Shown: positions 8,201-17,862 of the stretch, in pieces | Position numbering within the stretch: the stretch's first letter is position 1 | Layout of the letters: every line of letters begins with the position of its first letter | NCBI GenBank assembly: GCA_963780185.1 | Contig: CAWABA010000013.1 | Coordinates: forward strand, 1 to 26,735 | Direction of reading: 5' to 3' | DNA: 26,735 bases | From: Candidatus Bathyarchaeota archaeon | Lineage (GTDB): Archaea; Thermoproteota; Bathyarchaeia; Bathyarchaeales; Bathycorpusculaceae | The notes under the pieces: model-generated | The model's input: only the letters and a program-made list of their open reading frames with translations | The model's database searches: none | What the model was told of the DNA's origin: nothing | Translations under genes and position numbers: made by a program

Positions 8201-8818
8201 ATGACTATGGGTAAACCCGACAGGGTTTGCATTGTTTCCTGCAGCGTCCTCAAAGACGAGCTGAAACGGCTCGTTAAAGAGGGGCAGCTGGATGCGGAGT
8301 TGGTTTTCGTCAGCAAATACTTCCACGTCGACTACGAAGCAGTAGAAAAAAACCTGCGCAAAGTCCTTGAAGCCACCCTCAAGCGCTTCAACGGCAAAGT
8401 CGTGCTGGTTTACGGCGACCTCTGCCTTGGACCAAACGGCGAAATGAAAAAGCTAGCCGACGAATACGGCGTCGTAAAAGTGGATGCGGCAAACTGTGTC
8501 GACTGCCAACTCGGCGGAGGCGGAGCGTTCTATGAAGCTGACCCCGAGCACAACCTGATGTTTATGGGTCCAGGAATGATTGAGTTTTTCAAGGGCATGA
8601 AACAGAAAATGCTGCAGGAAGGCGTTGACGAAGCAGCTTTCGCAGGCATGTTCAGCGGCATAAAAGGCATCGTGATTTTGGACACCCTCGGCAACGCGAA
8701 GCAGTGCCGTGAAGAGCTTGAAGCGTCGGGTTTGAGGCTTCCGATTCTTGAAACAAGGGAAATTGGGCTTGAAGGCGTCAGGAGTGTAGTTCATGACGCA
8801 ATCGAAAAGAACTGCTAA
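8201..8818 (+). CDS. DUF1638-like Cys-containing protein
   Basis: IVSCSVLKDEL, VLVYGDLC and NCVDCQLGG motifs resemble the DUF1638 family. Confidence 0.75.
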   Translation: MTMGKPDRVCIVSCSVLKDELKRLVKEGQLDAELVFVSKYFHVDYEAVEKNLRKVLEATLKRFNGKVVLVYGDLCLGPNGEMKKLADEYGVVKVDAANCVDCQLGGGGAFYEADPEHNLMFMGPGMIEFFKGMKQKMLQEGVDEAAFAGMFSGIKGIVILDTLGNAKQCREELEASGLRLPILETREIGLEGVRSVVHDAIEKNC

Positions 8819-8824
8819 AGCCTT

Positions 8825-8956
8825 ATGAGCGAACTAATGGAAACCATTGATTTAAGCGACCCTCGGATCGATAAAGGCTATCGCGCAAGGAGAAGAGGAT
8901 GTTAAGGCTAGAAGAGTAAGGAGTTACATACACTTCTTAAGGAAGAAACCAGTTGA
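8825..8956 (+). pseudogene. Frameshifted remnant of a small type II antitoxin (RelB/Phd-YefM-like C-terminal segment)
   Basis: Joining frames gives MSELMETIDLSDPR/IKAIAQGEEDVKARRVRSY/LLKEETS*, resembling the 'ETLEILSDP...AI..GEED.KAGRV' antitoxin tail. Confidence 0.45.
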
Positions 8957-9115
8957 AAGCCAATCATACGGTTGCTTTAAATGAATTTTAAGTCAACGTT
9001 TGAGAATGTTTAATCATTTCCTACAACCGACAAATGCTCCCTCCAAATCACTGACGAAAATCATCGTTCAAAGTAGCGTATATTCATGTTTTTTGGAAAA
9101 GATGATACTGTTAAG

Positions 9116-9655
9116 TTATTTGACCTGAGTAGTTGATGAATCACAAATTTGATCTAGTTGACTGAGCAGTTGTTTGGAAAGGTAAAATCTAGAGTTCTTG
9201 ATTGAGTTACGTATAGAAGTTAAATCCTGTGCAGTTAGAAAACCGTTGTTCGTCATTTCCCTGATTATCCCGATTGTCCCAATTACTTTTACCCCCAAAA
9301 GGGTACAAATGTTTCTGGCAAACATTTCATCGATTACGCATGTAGACTCTGGATGTTGACGAGCATAAGAAATTACCCAAATTTCGCCACTTGTTGATTC
9401 ATAATAGAAATAGGGTAGCAAATCATTATCCAACTTCACATCAATTGGGTTGAAAACTTCTCGGAAGGTCTCGATATCTGGCTTGGGGTTATCGCCGTAT
9501 CCAACAGAATACTCTTCCATGACACGAGTTGGCGTTACTATAGCATATACATTTGAGAAAGCCTTCAATTGAGATTGCAGTTGACACTTTTCGAGCAACA
9601 TAATTGAAGGGGATGTGTCAAAGACGTACTTCGGCTTATCTGCACAGGCTGTCAA
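9116..9655 (-). CDS. PIN-domain (VapC/DUF3368-like) ribonuclease
   Basis: Acidic PIN residues in YVFDTS, VMEE, SGEIW and IDE; GTIGII motif typical of DUF3368-type PIN proteins; TTG start overlaps the upstream gene end. Confidence 0.85.
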   Translation of the reverse strand: MTACADKPKYVFDTSPSIMLLEKCQLQSQLKAFSNVYAIVTPTRVMEEYSVGYGDNPKPDIETFREVFNPIDVKLDNDLLPYFYYESTSGEIWVISYARQHPESTCVIDEMFARNICTLLGVKVIGTIGIIREMTNNGFLTAQDLTSIRNSIKNSRFYLSKQLLSQLDQICDSSTTQVK

Positions 9656-10203
9656 GGAAATCTTTCTCGCTCATGTCAAGCCATTTAGCTGCGGTTCCCG
9701 AGTTTATGCGACCTTTGAGGAAGAGACTCTGAACCAGAGTAATCCTCTTTATTTCTAACCGTGGAAATTCGGTAGAATTGACGACGGAATCAGGGATAAG
9801 GCGGTACATAAAATACATCAATTCATCAGGGGGCAGGTCGTTGAGTTGCTGTTTTGCAAAGGTTATCTTCTCGAGTTCTTTTCTGTCTGAGAGTGCACAG
9901 CATCTTATCGGCAATTTCCTTACCTTCTTCCGTAAGAACGTAATTATTTTTGTTTTCTTCTTCGACTAAACCAGTTTCCTGGAGTGTCTCAAGGTTTTCT
10001 GAAACTTCATGTGAGACAACTCCGTACTTGAAGTAGGAGTATTGAATTTCCGTTGAGTTTTTCAAATATTCAAAATACCTGACGATTTTCTGTAAATGTA
10101 TAATATCCATTTCCTTCCGACCATTACGATCTTTCAGCGCCAACACTAGAAGCGGGTATTTCCTTGATGGCGATTTAAGACCGTAATCCTCAATATAGGA
10201 CAT
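9636..10203 (-). CDS. Putative antitoxin: N-terminal wHTH (SocA/Panacea/YwgA-like) fused to a C-terminal UPF0175-like HTH; one frameshift near 9895-9905
   Basis: ORF 9826..10203 (LQKIV...YSYFKYGVVSHEV...L..L..TGLV...YVLTEEGKE) continues in ORF 9636..9914 (ELMYFMY...KGRINSGTAAKWLDMSEKDF); the joined product is about 189 aa. Confidence 0.7.
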
Positions 10204-10236
10204 AACTTAAAAGGAGAATGGCTTGATTAAATATTT
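10204..10236. promoter_or_regulatory. Overlapping back-to-back promoters for probable leaderless transcripts
   Basis: 33-bp gap between divergent ATGs. TTAAAA at 10207-10212 lies ~27 nt before ATG 10237; TTTAAT on the minus strand (10231-10226) lies ~25 nt before ATG 10203. Confidence 0.55.
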
Positions 10237-11313
10237 ATGGGACAAATATTTAAAATCGACAAGAGTAGCAGAGACGATGAATTGGGGCTAATAAAGAAGC
10301 AAATAACCTGTGATGATAACTCTTTCTCTTTTGATACTCCGATTGTTTCCCAACGTGCTAACAAAATTGACCCCGAAATCAAGGTTCAGGAAATTATCAG
10401 ACATATTGATGAAAAAGTTGTTGAGTCTTTAGATAGTAGATACATTAAGACCTATACAGACTCAGTGAAAACCGAATGGTCAAGTGACAAGCTAAACGCG
10501 ACTCTATTTAATTTCAAATATAAAGACATTCCATGCGACGAAAACCTAAAGACAATTGCCCATGCGCTGCACGGTGCAAGCGACAAAGTCATATTTCTGC
10601 CAACAGTAATGAAAACATTGCTGATGGAAACCAAACCCGACCGCAAAACAGCTGTTCTTAGTATGGATAGAATAGACTCTTACAAAAGAATGATGAAACT
10701 TTTAATAGAAGAAATCACAAAGCCCCAGAATGGGAAACAGATAGTTGGAATGGTGCCTTTTGTTCCATGGAAGTTTGCCAAACCAATTGTGGATTTCTAT
10801 TGCACAGAAGGTATCCGAGCCTTTGCTATTGACTGTGGTTTTAGGGACATAGTGGAATACAAAGATGATTTTGCCCGTGTTCTCTCAAGGATAAAAGAAA
10901 CAATAAACTTGGACAAAACCGTGATTTTTGCATTTAACGCAGGAGTCCCCTCATCATTTCAAGTAACTGAGGTTGAATCAGATGACTTCCTAGGGGTTTT
11001 TGCCTACGTCGATGTACTAGGTTCTACTTTCAAAAGCAGAGGTGGAGGCAGTAAAGACCCAAAAGCAAGGGTTTTTTCGAGAGCGAGATACTCATATGAA
11101 ATTTCAACTTATCCCGCTCTTCAACCCACATTTGGGAAGAGTGTTAATTTCTATACTATCAGGAACTATAACAGGTCTGAGCAGCGAAGGGAAGCGGCAA
11201 AAATCCGTGGTTTGGTTGGGATAGAAAAAATGAAAAAATACTTGGCTACCAAGCCAGCAGTTAATCAGGAGTCAGTAAAACGTCTTGAATCCATTGCTCA
11301 AGAAGTGGGCTAA
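10237..11313 (+). CDS. Uncharacterised protein, probable TIM barrel distantly resembling tRNA-guanine transglycosylase (TGT) or 'beta protein' families
   Basis: 358-aa clean ORF with alternating beta/alpha pattern. FDTP near the N-terminus, FAFNAG, YVDVLG and C-terminal TIRNYN sit where TGT has ETP, YLMGVG, GVDMFD and TIHN. No DSGG motif and no Zn-binding CxCxxC. Confidence 0.55.
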   Translation: MGQIFKIDKSSRDDELGLIKKQITCDDNSFSFDTPIVSQRANKIDPEIKVQEIIRHIDEKVVESLDSRYIKTYTDSVKTEWSSDKLNATLFNFKYKDIPCDENLKTIAHALHGASDKVIFLPTVMKTLLMETKPDRKTAVLSMDRIDSYKRMMKLLIEEITKPQNGKQIVGMVPFVPWKFAKPIVDFYCTEGIRAFAIDCGFRDIVEYKDDFARVLSRIKETINLDKTVIFAFNAGVPSSFQVTEVESDDFLGVFAYVDVLGSTFKSRGGGSKDPKARVFSRARYSYEISTYPALQPTFGKSVNFYTIRNYNRSEQRREAAKIRGLVGIEKMKKYLATKPAVNQESVKRLESIAQEVG

Positions 11314-11538
11314 GCAACCTTTATGTTTTCCTTGTAGTATTGCTGAGAGAGAAGGATATGGATATCCTGCAGAATATTCTGATACCAAAAGATTTGGAAA
11401 AATTCAGGCGAGTGGTTTTGATGCATTTCAACATGCTACAAGCGCCAAGTGACTCTTTTTAGGCCGTGAAAGTTGAGTAATTGATTGTTTGAGGGTGTAT
11501 GGAGTTACCGCAAATGTTAAAGAAGCATCCGCATAATA

Positions 11539-14500
11539 GTGCATTCAATGGGTGTGGATGTGGTTATGACTCAGACGGTTCCTTCCCAGCCAATGAAAAG
11601 AGTGGAAGATTGGAAATCCAGATTAATTGACCTTTCAAGAAGAAACAACCTTCTCTTTTTCCACAAAAACAAGCGGGGAAGCTTATCGATTTCACAACCT
11701 GAAATGCAGACAGCTTTCAGCTCGTTGGTTTTGAAAAAGAAAAGACTAGAATTCTGGATGCCACCCGGAGAAGCGGGAAAACCTGAAGGGCAGGAGAAGC
11801 CGAAAGGCAAAGGTAAAGACAAAGCCTCCAAAACCGCGAAAGGCGACGTCAAAGCCTCCGTTAAAGAAGCCCCAGCCATGCCTGAAGAATCGCAGCATCC
11901 TAAAGCAAGCCAGTTGGTCGCCGGGAAGATGTCCCGCGCAGAGCTTGAAAGAAGCCTCAAAGGTCTGCAGTGGCGCTCGCTTCTGGATTACCGTGAACGC
12001 GGTGTCCGCATTTTGCATGCGGCTTTCGGTACCCTTAACTGGGTTGATTTAGAAAGCAAAGAGCAAGTGCAGTCGCCCCTGATTCTTGTGCCTCTGGAAT
12101 TAACACGAGACACTATTCGGCAACCTTACAGTATCGGTTTGCCGCCTGTGGAAGAAGAAGAGGTTTTGAACCCTGCCCTGCAGGTTAAGTTGAAAAACGA
12201 TTACAAAATTGATTTGCCGCCGCTGCCTGAAGAGTGGGAAAACCTGACTCTGCAAGACTACTTCGACAAGGTCAATTTGGCTGTTGCTGAGTTAGGCTGG
12301 AAAGTTGAGCCTTCATTTGACTTGGGGCTTTTCTCATTCCAAAAGCTGGTCATTTACAAAGATTTAGAGGGCAACTCTGCCTTGGTTACGCAGCACCCCA
12401 TTATTAGGGCAATCGCAGGCATCAAAGAAGACAACCTCATTTTAGAAGGGTTACCCGACGAAAAAGACGTAGACAAAATCGAGCCGCCAGACAAAACCTA
12501 CCAAGTCCTAGACGCTGACAGCAGCCAACGAGTCTCGATTGAATACGCCCAGCGCGGACAAAGCTTCGTCATGAAGGGTCCCCCAGGAACAGGAAAAAGC
12601 CAAACAATCGCAAACATAATCGCAGAAAGCATCGCTAACGGGAAATCCGTGCTTTTCGTCAGCGACAAGATGGCTGCCCTCGAAGTTGTTTACAAACGGC
12701 TTAGCGAGGTTGGGTTGGCGCATTTCTGTCTTGAACTTCACAGCAGCAAAGCCAACAAGCAGCAGGTTGTCGCCGAGCTTAAACGTAGCCTTGACGAGAA
12801 CCTTGTCCCGCGTAAATTGCCCTCTGCCCACGAATTTGAAAAGATGGCTGAGTATCGGGAATCATTGAACGGTTACGTCGTCGCCTTGCATGAGAAACGC
12901 CAGTACTTTCAGAGGAGCGCCTATGAAGTTCTCAGCCTAATCTCGAGTCTTGAACGGGTTCCCTTCGTGCCCGTCGGCTTGACGGAGCTGGGAACGCTCA
13001 CGCCGCAGAAGATGCATGAGTTGGAAGCTCTTGTTTCCCAATTAAGCAAGGTTTGGCAAGTGGTGGAAGAACCTGACTTTCCATGGCTAGGCTACCGTGC
13101 TGACTCCTACAACCTGGAACTCCGTTCAGAAGTGCTAACATCTCTTGAAAACATCAACGAAAACCTGAGGAACCTGCAGCTCGAAGCAGAAGACTTCTCC
13201 GCTAAACTAGGTGTTTTTCCGCCTGAAACATTCGCACGTATCACTTGGCTACTAGAAGTAAGCACGTTCCTAATCCAAAGCCCCAAGCCTGAAGCATATT
13301 GGCTGACTAATCAAGACATCGAAAAACTCTACGTAGAAGCCAAAAACTACGCAGAAGCAAGCATCTGGATAAAGAACACCCGCACAAGCCTCATGAAGCG
13401 CTATCAACCCGCCATTTTCAACTTGGTTCTAAACAGGTCAGAACAAATCAAACAGCAGCTTGAATCGCTAACCAAGCTGTTTCCAGCAGTCGGATTGGCA
13501 GAAGGCGAATTTCTGCCTCAACGCGAAAAACTCCTCGCTTTCATAAAAAACACGCAGATTGCTGCACGAAAATGGCGTGAAACATCGCAGGCGCTTGCCT
13601 CGATGTTAGGTTTGGACAGCGACGGCTTGACGATTAAACACATGAAAGACTTGTCTCGCATGGCGCTGCTTTGCTTCGCGCAAGATAAGCCTGAGCCGCA
13701 GTGGTTTGACGCCAAGTACTTTGAGCAGGTTGAAGAAATCTTGGCTGAAGCAAAACGGCTCTACCAAGACTATAGCCTGCTGAAGAGCCGCCTAGACAGT
13801 ACTTACACGGATGGGTTATACCAGCTTGACCTTGACGGCTTGATTGCTCGGTACAGCGAGTACAGCCAGAGCTCTCTTAATCTGTTTAATTCAAGTTACC
13901 GCAACGACCAGAAACAAATTGCTCGGGTAACCAACGACGGCAAAATTCCGAAATCCGTGTATGCAGACCTTCAGGATGCACGCAAAGTCAAGAAGATTCG
14001 GCAGCAGATTGATGAGTCAGCAGACACTATTCGTACCTTGCTGGGACATTACTACCACAATTCTAAAGCCGACTTCGCGGGTGCAGAAAAAGCGCTTGCG
14101 TTGGCGGCTGAAATCCGCAAGCTTTCATGGGCAACAACGATTCCCGAGAACCTGCTGCAACTTATCACAAACTCTTCTATCCCGTCGCCTATGATTAAGA
14201 ACTTGGGTTCTGAGCTTGGGGCTTCGGTTGAGAAGTGGGAGCAGCAAGCCAAGGAGTTAGAGTCGCTTATCCCGACAAGCATGCCTAAGTCAGAGGCTGG
14301 AATCGCTTGGACGTCTCTGCTGCAGGTTGAGGAATGGGCAAGCGAAGTAGAAAGGCATTTGAGCCCTCTATGTGCGTTGACGGATGAAACTCTATCGTTG
14401 TCCAAGCAAGAACCCAAAACCTACAAGCAACTGGTAGAAGACCTCAAAAACGCCGAGGACATACGGAAAAAAGAAGCCGTCATCGTAGGCGAAAAAGCGC

Positions 14501-17238
14501 AGCTTCAAGAGAAGTTTGGCTCCCGCTTTAACCTGCTTGAAACAAACTGGCAGGACATAGTTGGGGTTCTCGAATGGGTGAAAAAGGTTCAGGCAGCCTT
14601 CCTTGACACTCCTGTCCCGCAAGCCTTTGCACAAATCGCAGCTCAAGGACCAAGCGCGGCTCCATCTAGCACGGAGCTAACCCAAAAACGCGATGCTTCC
14701 ATGAAAGTTATAAAGGATTTTGGGGCTCATTTTGAAGCGCCGATGAAGTACCAAAATCAGCTTCTGAAGGATTTAGAAATAAAAGTTATCAGCGAACGCA
14801 TCCAAGCGCTACGTGACCGTGTTGACGATATTCAGGTTTGGGTTGACTTCAAAGACATCAAAAACCGCTTTGCCCTCCGCGGGTTAGAACCGTTCTTTAG
14901 CCGCTTGGCTGAGCAGAAGCTTCCGGCAGCGGATCTGCTTGATGTTTTCCGCAGAGGAGTCTACCAAGAATGGATCAACAACCTCTACATTGAAGACCCT
15001 AAGCTGGGCAGGTTCAGATGGGAAAACCATGAGCAGTTGATTGCCGACTTCAGGAAGCTGGATCAAGACCTCATCAAGTTGAGTTCCAGCATGGTTATTG
15101 AGCAGGCGAACAGCCGCAAACCCCAAGACATCCTGATTCAGGCAGCCGACACCGAAGCAGCAGTTCTTCAGAAAGAAGCCGCAAAGAAGAGGCAGTTGAT
15201 GCCGATTCGAGTGCTTTTCCAAAAAATCCCTAACCTGCTTGTCAAACTAAAACCCTGCCTACTTATGAGTCCAATAAGCGTAAGCCAATTTCTGCCGCCT
15301 GACACCAAGTTCGATTTGGTGCTGTTCGATGAGGCTTCCCAGATTGTTCCCGAAGATGCTATCGGCTCAATTTACCGTGGAAAAACCGTGGTTGTTGCAG
15401 GCGATAACAAGCAGTTGCCGCCCACCTCTTTCTTCCAGAAAAACCTGATTGACGATGTAGATTGGGATGAACTCAGCGACGAAGACGTGGAAGTTTTCGA
15501 CAGCATACTTGACGAATGCCTCGGCATCGGGTTACCAGTCAAAACACTACGGTGGCATTATCGCAGCAAACATGAAGGGTTAATTGCGTTCTCGAACCAC
15601 CGCTTCTACGAAGATGAACTTGTAACTTTCCCCGCGGCAAAAGCGCAAGCCGACACTTTAGGCGTTAAGCTGGTTTATGTTCCAGACGGCGTCTACGACC
15701 GAGGCGGCAAAAGAAACAACCTCAAAGAAGCAGAAAAAGTAGCAGACCTCGTCTTCGAACATTTCCGCCTCTACCCCAAGAAAACCCTCGGCGTCGTAAC
15801 CTTCAGCATAGCCCAGATGGAAACCGTTGAAGAAGCCATAGACCGCCGACTAAAAGAGCAACCCGACTTCGAACCGTTCTTCAAAGAAGACCGTTTGGAA
15901 GGTTTCTTCGTTAAGAACTTGGAGAACGTTCAAGGCGACGAGCGAGACGTCATCTTCTTCAGCGTCGGCTACGGCTACGACGAGGGAAAGCAGATGGCGA
16001 TGAACTTTGGTCCACTCAACAAACCCGGCGGCGAACGACGCCTAAACGTCGCGGTTACCCGAGCCCGAGAAAAAGTGGTCCTTGTCACCTCGATTAAGGC
16101 TACTGACATTGATGCTGAAGCAAAAGCCCTCGGCGTGCAGACCCTGCGTTACTATCTTGATTATGCTGAGCATGGAACTGAGACGTTGGAGTCGGTTAAG
16201 GCAAGAGACGGCGAGTTTGAATCTGCTTTAGATGAAGACGTGGCTGCGGAAATCAAGAAAATGGGCTACGAAGTTGCGCCGCAAGTCGGTTGCAGCGGTT
16301 ACCGCATAGACATCGGCGTCGTGGACCCAGTTAACCCTGGAAACTTTTTGCTCGGAGTAGTATGCGACGGCGCCTCATACAGGTCAAGCAGCAGCGCACG
16401 GGACAGAGACCGCCTCCGCGAACAAGTCCTGCGGCAGCTTGGATGGCGCATCCACCGCATCTGGTCTCCCGCTTGGGTTGCAAGACGCGACTCCGAAATT
16501 CGGCGGCTAAAAGAATCCTTAGAACAAGCCAGCAAACAGCAGCTTGACAAAGACACACAGAAACCCACGATTGAAATCAAAGAGGGCATGGCTCCGAAGA
16601 CTGACGTGCAGAAAAACGAGTTTGCAGGCATCGAAAAAATCGGTTTCCCCTACAAAACCTACCCGCTTAAAGCATCATTTAACCCGTACATCAAAGTCGC
16701 CGCGGCGAATGGCTCAATGGATTCTAAAACGAAAAACGAGTTCCACTTCCCAGAAAACCGAGAAAACCAAACAAAACTCCTCGCCGAGCTTATCCAGAAC
16801 GAAGGACCCGTACACTTCGATTACGCGGTGGAGCGTTTAGCCGCTGCCTGGGGAATTAAGCAGGTGACGCCTCAGATAACCCACGCCGTGAAACAAGCCC
16901 TCAACAATCTGATAAGAGAACAAAAAGTCACGCTTAAAGGCAGCTTCCTTTGGCCTCCGACACTGAAAGAAACGCCGATACGGGTTCCAGTGCAAGGTAT
17001 TCCTGAATCCAAACGCAAAGCCGAGTACATTGCGCCCGAAGAGGTCGAATCCGCTATGTTGCTGGTCACGCGGTACGCGTTAGGCATCAGCCAAGAATCG
17101 CTGATTTGGGAAACGGCGAAGGTTTTCGGGCTTAACCATTCAGCGGAAGGCACAGAAGACGTGTTCTCAGAAATCCTCAGGCGACTGGTAAGAGACAGAA
17201 AACTCATCCTCAAAGACGACGTTGTCACCGCCGCTTAA
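11539..17238 (+). CDS. DUF4011 / SF1 (DNA2-NAM7-like) helicase / Vsr-like (RAP) nuclease / DUF3320-like multidomain protein, Hhe-like (start possibly ATG 11566)
   Basis: WKSRLIDLSRRNNLL (DUF4011-type N-terminus), DADSSQ, Walker A GPPGTGKSQT, LMSPISVS, Walker B FDEASQ, GDNKQLPPT, WHYRS, VQGDERD, RRLNVAVTRAR, YRIDIGV..CDG..Y..RDRDRLR..LGWRIHRIWS. Confidence 0.92.
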   Translation: MHSMGVDVVMTQTVPSQPMKRVEDWKSRLIDLSRRNNLLFFHKNKRGSLSISQPEMQTAFSSLVLKKKRLEFWMPPGEAGKPEGQEKPKGKGKDKASKTAKGDVKASVKEAPAMPEESQHPKASQLVAGKMSRAELERSLKGLQWRSLLDYRERGVRILHAAFGTLNWVDLESKEQVQSPLILVPLELTRDTIRQPYSIGLPPVEEEEVLNPALQVKLKNDYKIDLPPLPEEWENLTLQDYFDKVNLAVAELGWKVEPSFDLGLFSFQKLVIYKDLEGNSALVTQHPIIRAIAGIKEDNLILEGLPDEKDVDKIEPPDKTYQVLDADSSQRVSIEYAQRGQSFVMKGPPGTGKSQTIANIIAESIANGKSVLFVSDKMAALEVVYKRLSEVGLAHFCLELHSSKANKQQVVAELKRSLDENLVPRKLPSAHEFEKMAEYRESLNGYVVALHEKRQYFQRSAYEVLSLISSLERVPFVPVGLTELGTLTPQKMHELEALVSQLSKVWQVVEEPDFPWLGYRADSYNLELRSEVLTSLENINENLRNLQLEAEDFSAKLGVFPPETFARITWLLEVSTFLIQSPKPEAYWLTNQDIEKLYVEAKNYAEASIWIKNTRTSLMKRYQPAIFNLVLNRSEQIKQQLESLTKLFPAVGLAEGEFLPQREKLLAFIKNTQIAARKWRETSQALASMLGLDSDGLTIKHMKDLSRMALLCFAQDKPEPQWFDAKYFEQVEEILAEAKRLYQDYSLLKSRLDSTYTDGLYQLDLDGLIARYSEYSQSSLNLFNSSYRNDQKQIARVTNDGKIPKSVYADLQDARKVKKIRQQIDESADTIRTLLGHYYHNSKADFAGAEKALALAAEIRKLSWATTIPENLLQLITNSSIPSPMIKNLGSELGASVEKWEQQAKELESLIPTSMPKSEAGIAWTSLLQVEEWASEVERHLSPLCALTDETLSLSKQEPKTYKQLVEDLKNAEDIRKKEAVIVGEKAQLQEKFGSRFNLLETNWQDIVGVLEWVKKVQAAFLDTPVPQAFAQIAAQGPSAAPSSTELTQKRDASMKVIKDFGAHFEAPMKYQNQLLKDLEIKVISERIQALRDRVDDIQVWVDFKDIKNRFALRGLEPFFSRLAEQKLPAADLLDVFRRGVYQEWINNLYIEDPKLGRFRWENHEQLIADFRKLDQDLIKLSSSMVIEQANSRKPQDILIQAADTEAAVLQKEAAKKRQLMPIRVLFQKIPNLLVKLKPCLLMSPISVSQFLPPDTKFDLVLFDEASQIVPEDAIGSIYRGKTVVVAGDNKQLPPTSFFQKNLIDDVDWDELSDEDVEVFDSILDECLGIGLPVKTLRWHYRSKHEGLIAFSNHRFYEDELVTFPAAKAQADTLGVKLVYVPDGVYDRGGKRNNLKEAEKVADLVFEHFRLYPKKTLGVVTFSIAQMETVEEAIDRRLKEQPDFEPFFKEDRLEGFFVKNLENVQGDERDVIFFSVGYGYDEGKQMAMNFGPLNKPGGERRLNVAVTRAREKVVLVTSIKATDIDAEAKALGVQTLRYYLDYAEHGTETLESVKARDGEFESALDEDVAAEIKKMGYEVAPQVGCSGYRIDIGVVDPVNPGNFLLGVVCDGASYRSSSSARDRDRLREQVLRQLGWRIHRIWSPAWVARRDSEIRRLKESLEQASKQQLDKDTQKPTIEIKEGMAPKTDVQKNEFAGIEKIGFPYKTYPLKASFNPYIKVAAANGSMDSKTKNEFHFPENRENQTKLLAELIQNEGPVHFDYAVERLAAAWGIKQVTPQITHAVKQALNNLIREQKVTLKGSFLWPPTLKETPIRVPVQGIPESKRKAEYIAPEEVESAMLLVTRYALGISQESLIWETAKVFGLNHSAEGTEDVFSEILRRLVRDRKLILKDDVVTAA

Positions 17239-17339
17239 CCCGCATTTCTTCCATACCTACCTTCGTTAAAAGTCAGTGTCCAAGATTTTCGTTGGGTAAA
17301 TAAAAGGAATAAAAGATTAAATGGGTTACGGCGGCTTGT

Positions 17340-17780
17340 TTAAGCAAGGGATTTGGCTAGTTTTGCTCCGAGTTGCTTTGCTTGCTGTTTGTCGGTTTCT
17401 GCAATTTTGTTTCCTATGGCTAGTCCGGGCAAAATCTGCTTTGGGTTGAATGCTTTTAATATGCTTTCGATGTTTTCTATTGCCTTTGTTTGGCTGCCAC
17501 CTCCAGTTGCGAATGCGACCATGGTTTTTCCAGCTAATTTTTCGCGCACAAAGTAGAGTTCTGTTAGGAAAGTAAGCATGGGACCTGACATCATGCTGAA
17601 GTAGGTTGGTGACCCGAACGCGAATTCGTCGGCTGTGACGGCTTCTGCCGCGGTGAGGTTTTCAACGTTTTTTATTTCTACGTTGGCTCCTTTGACGGTT
17701 TTTACGCCTTCTGCTATGGCTTCGGCGACTTGTTTGGTGTTTCCCGTTTTAGAATAGTATGCTACTAACACTTTTGGCAT
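17340..17780 (-). CDS. Flavodoxin / WrbA-like FMN-binding protein
   Basis: YYSKTGNTKQVAEAIAEG and FGSPTYF motifs; true start MPKVLV at 17780 with GGAGGTGA RBS (ORF-track extension to 17990 overlaps the divergent gene). Confidence 0.9.
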   Translation of the reverse strand: MPKVLVAYYSKTGNTKQVAEAIAEGVKTVKGANVEIKNVENLTAAEAVTADEFAFGSPTYFSMMSGPMLTFLTELYFVREKLAGKTMVAFATGGGSQTKAIENIESILKAFNPKQILPGLAIGNKIAETDKQQAKQLGAKLAKSLA

Positions 17781-17862
17781 GTATTCACCTCCCATTTTAC
17801 GGATACTAAAAAACAAAATACTTTTATATAGTTTTAGGTAACAATAATATACCAAAACACAG

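Noticed and set aside
11314-11538. Short ORF (MDILQNILIPK...) and palindrome CAGAATATTCTG between the TIM-barrel gene and the helicase
   Set aside because: About 34 codons with no recognisable motif; a single 12-bp palindrome is insufficient evidence.
7859-11538. Integrated mobile element (integrase, tRNA att site, terminal repeats) explaining the accessory block
   Set aside because: No integrase/transposase, tRNA or flanking direct repeats could be found by eye.
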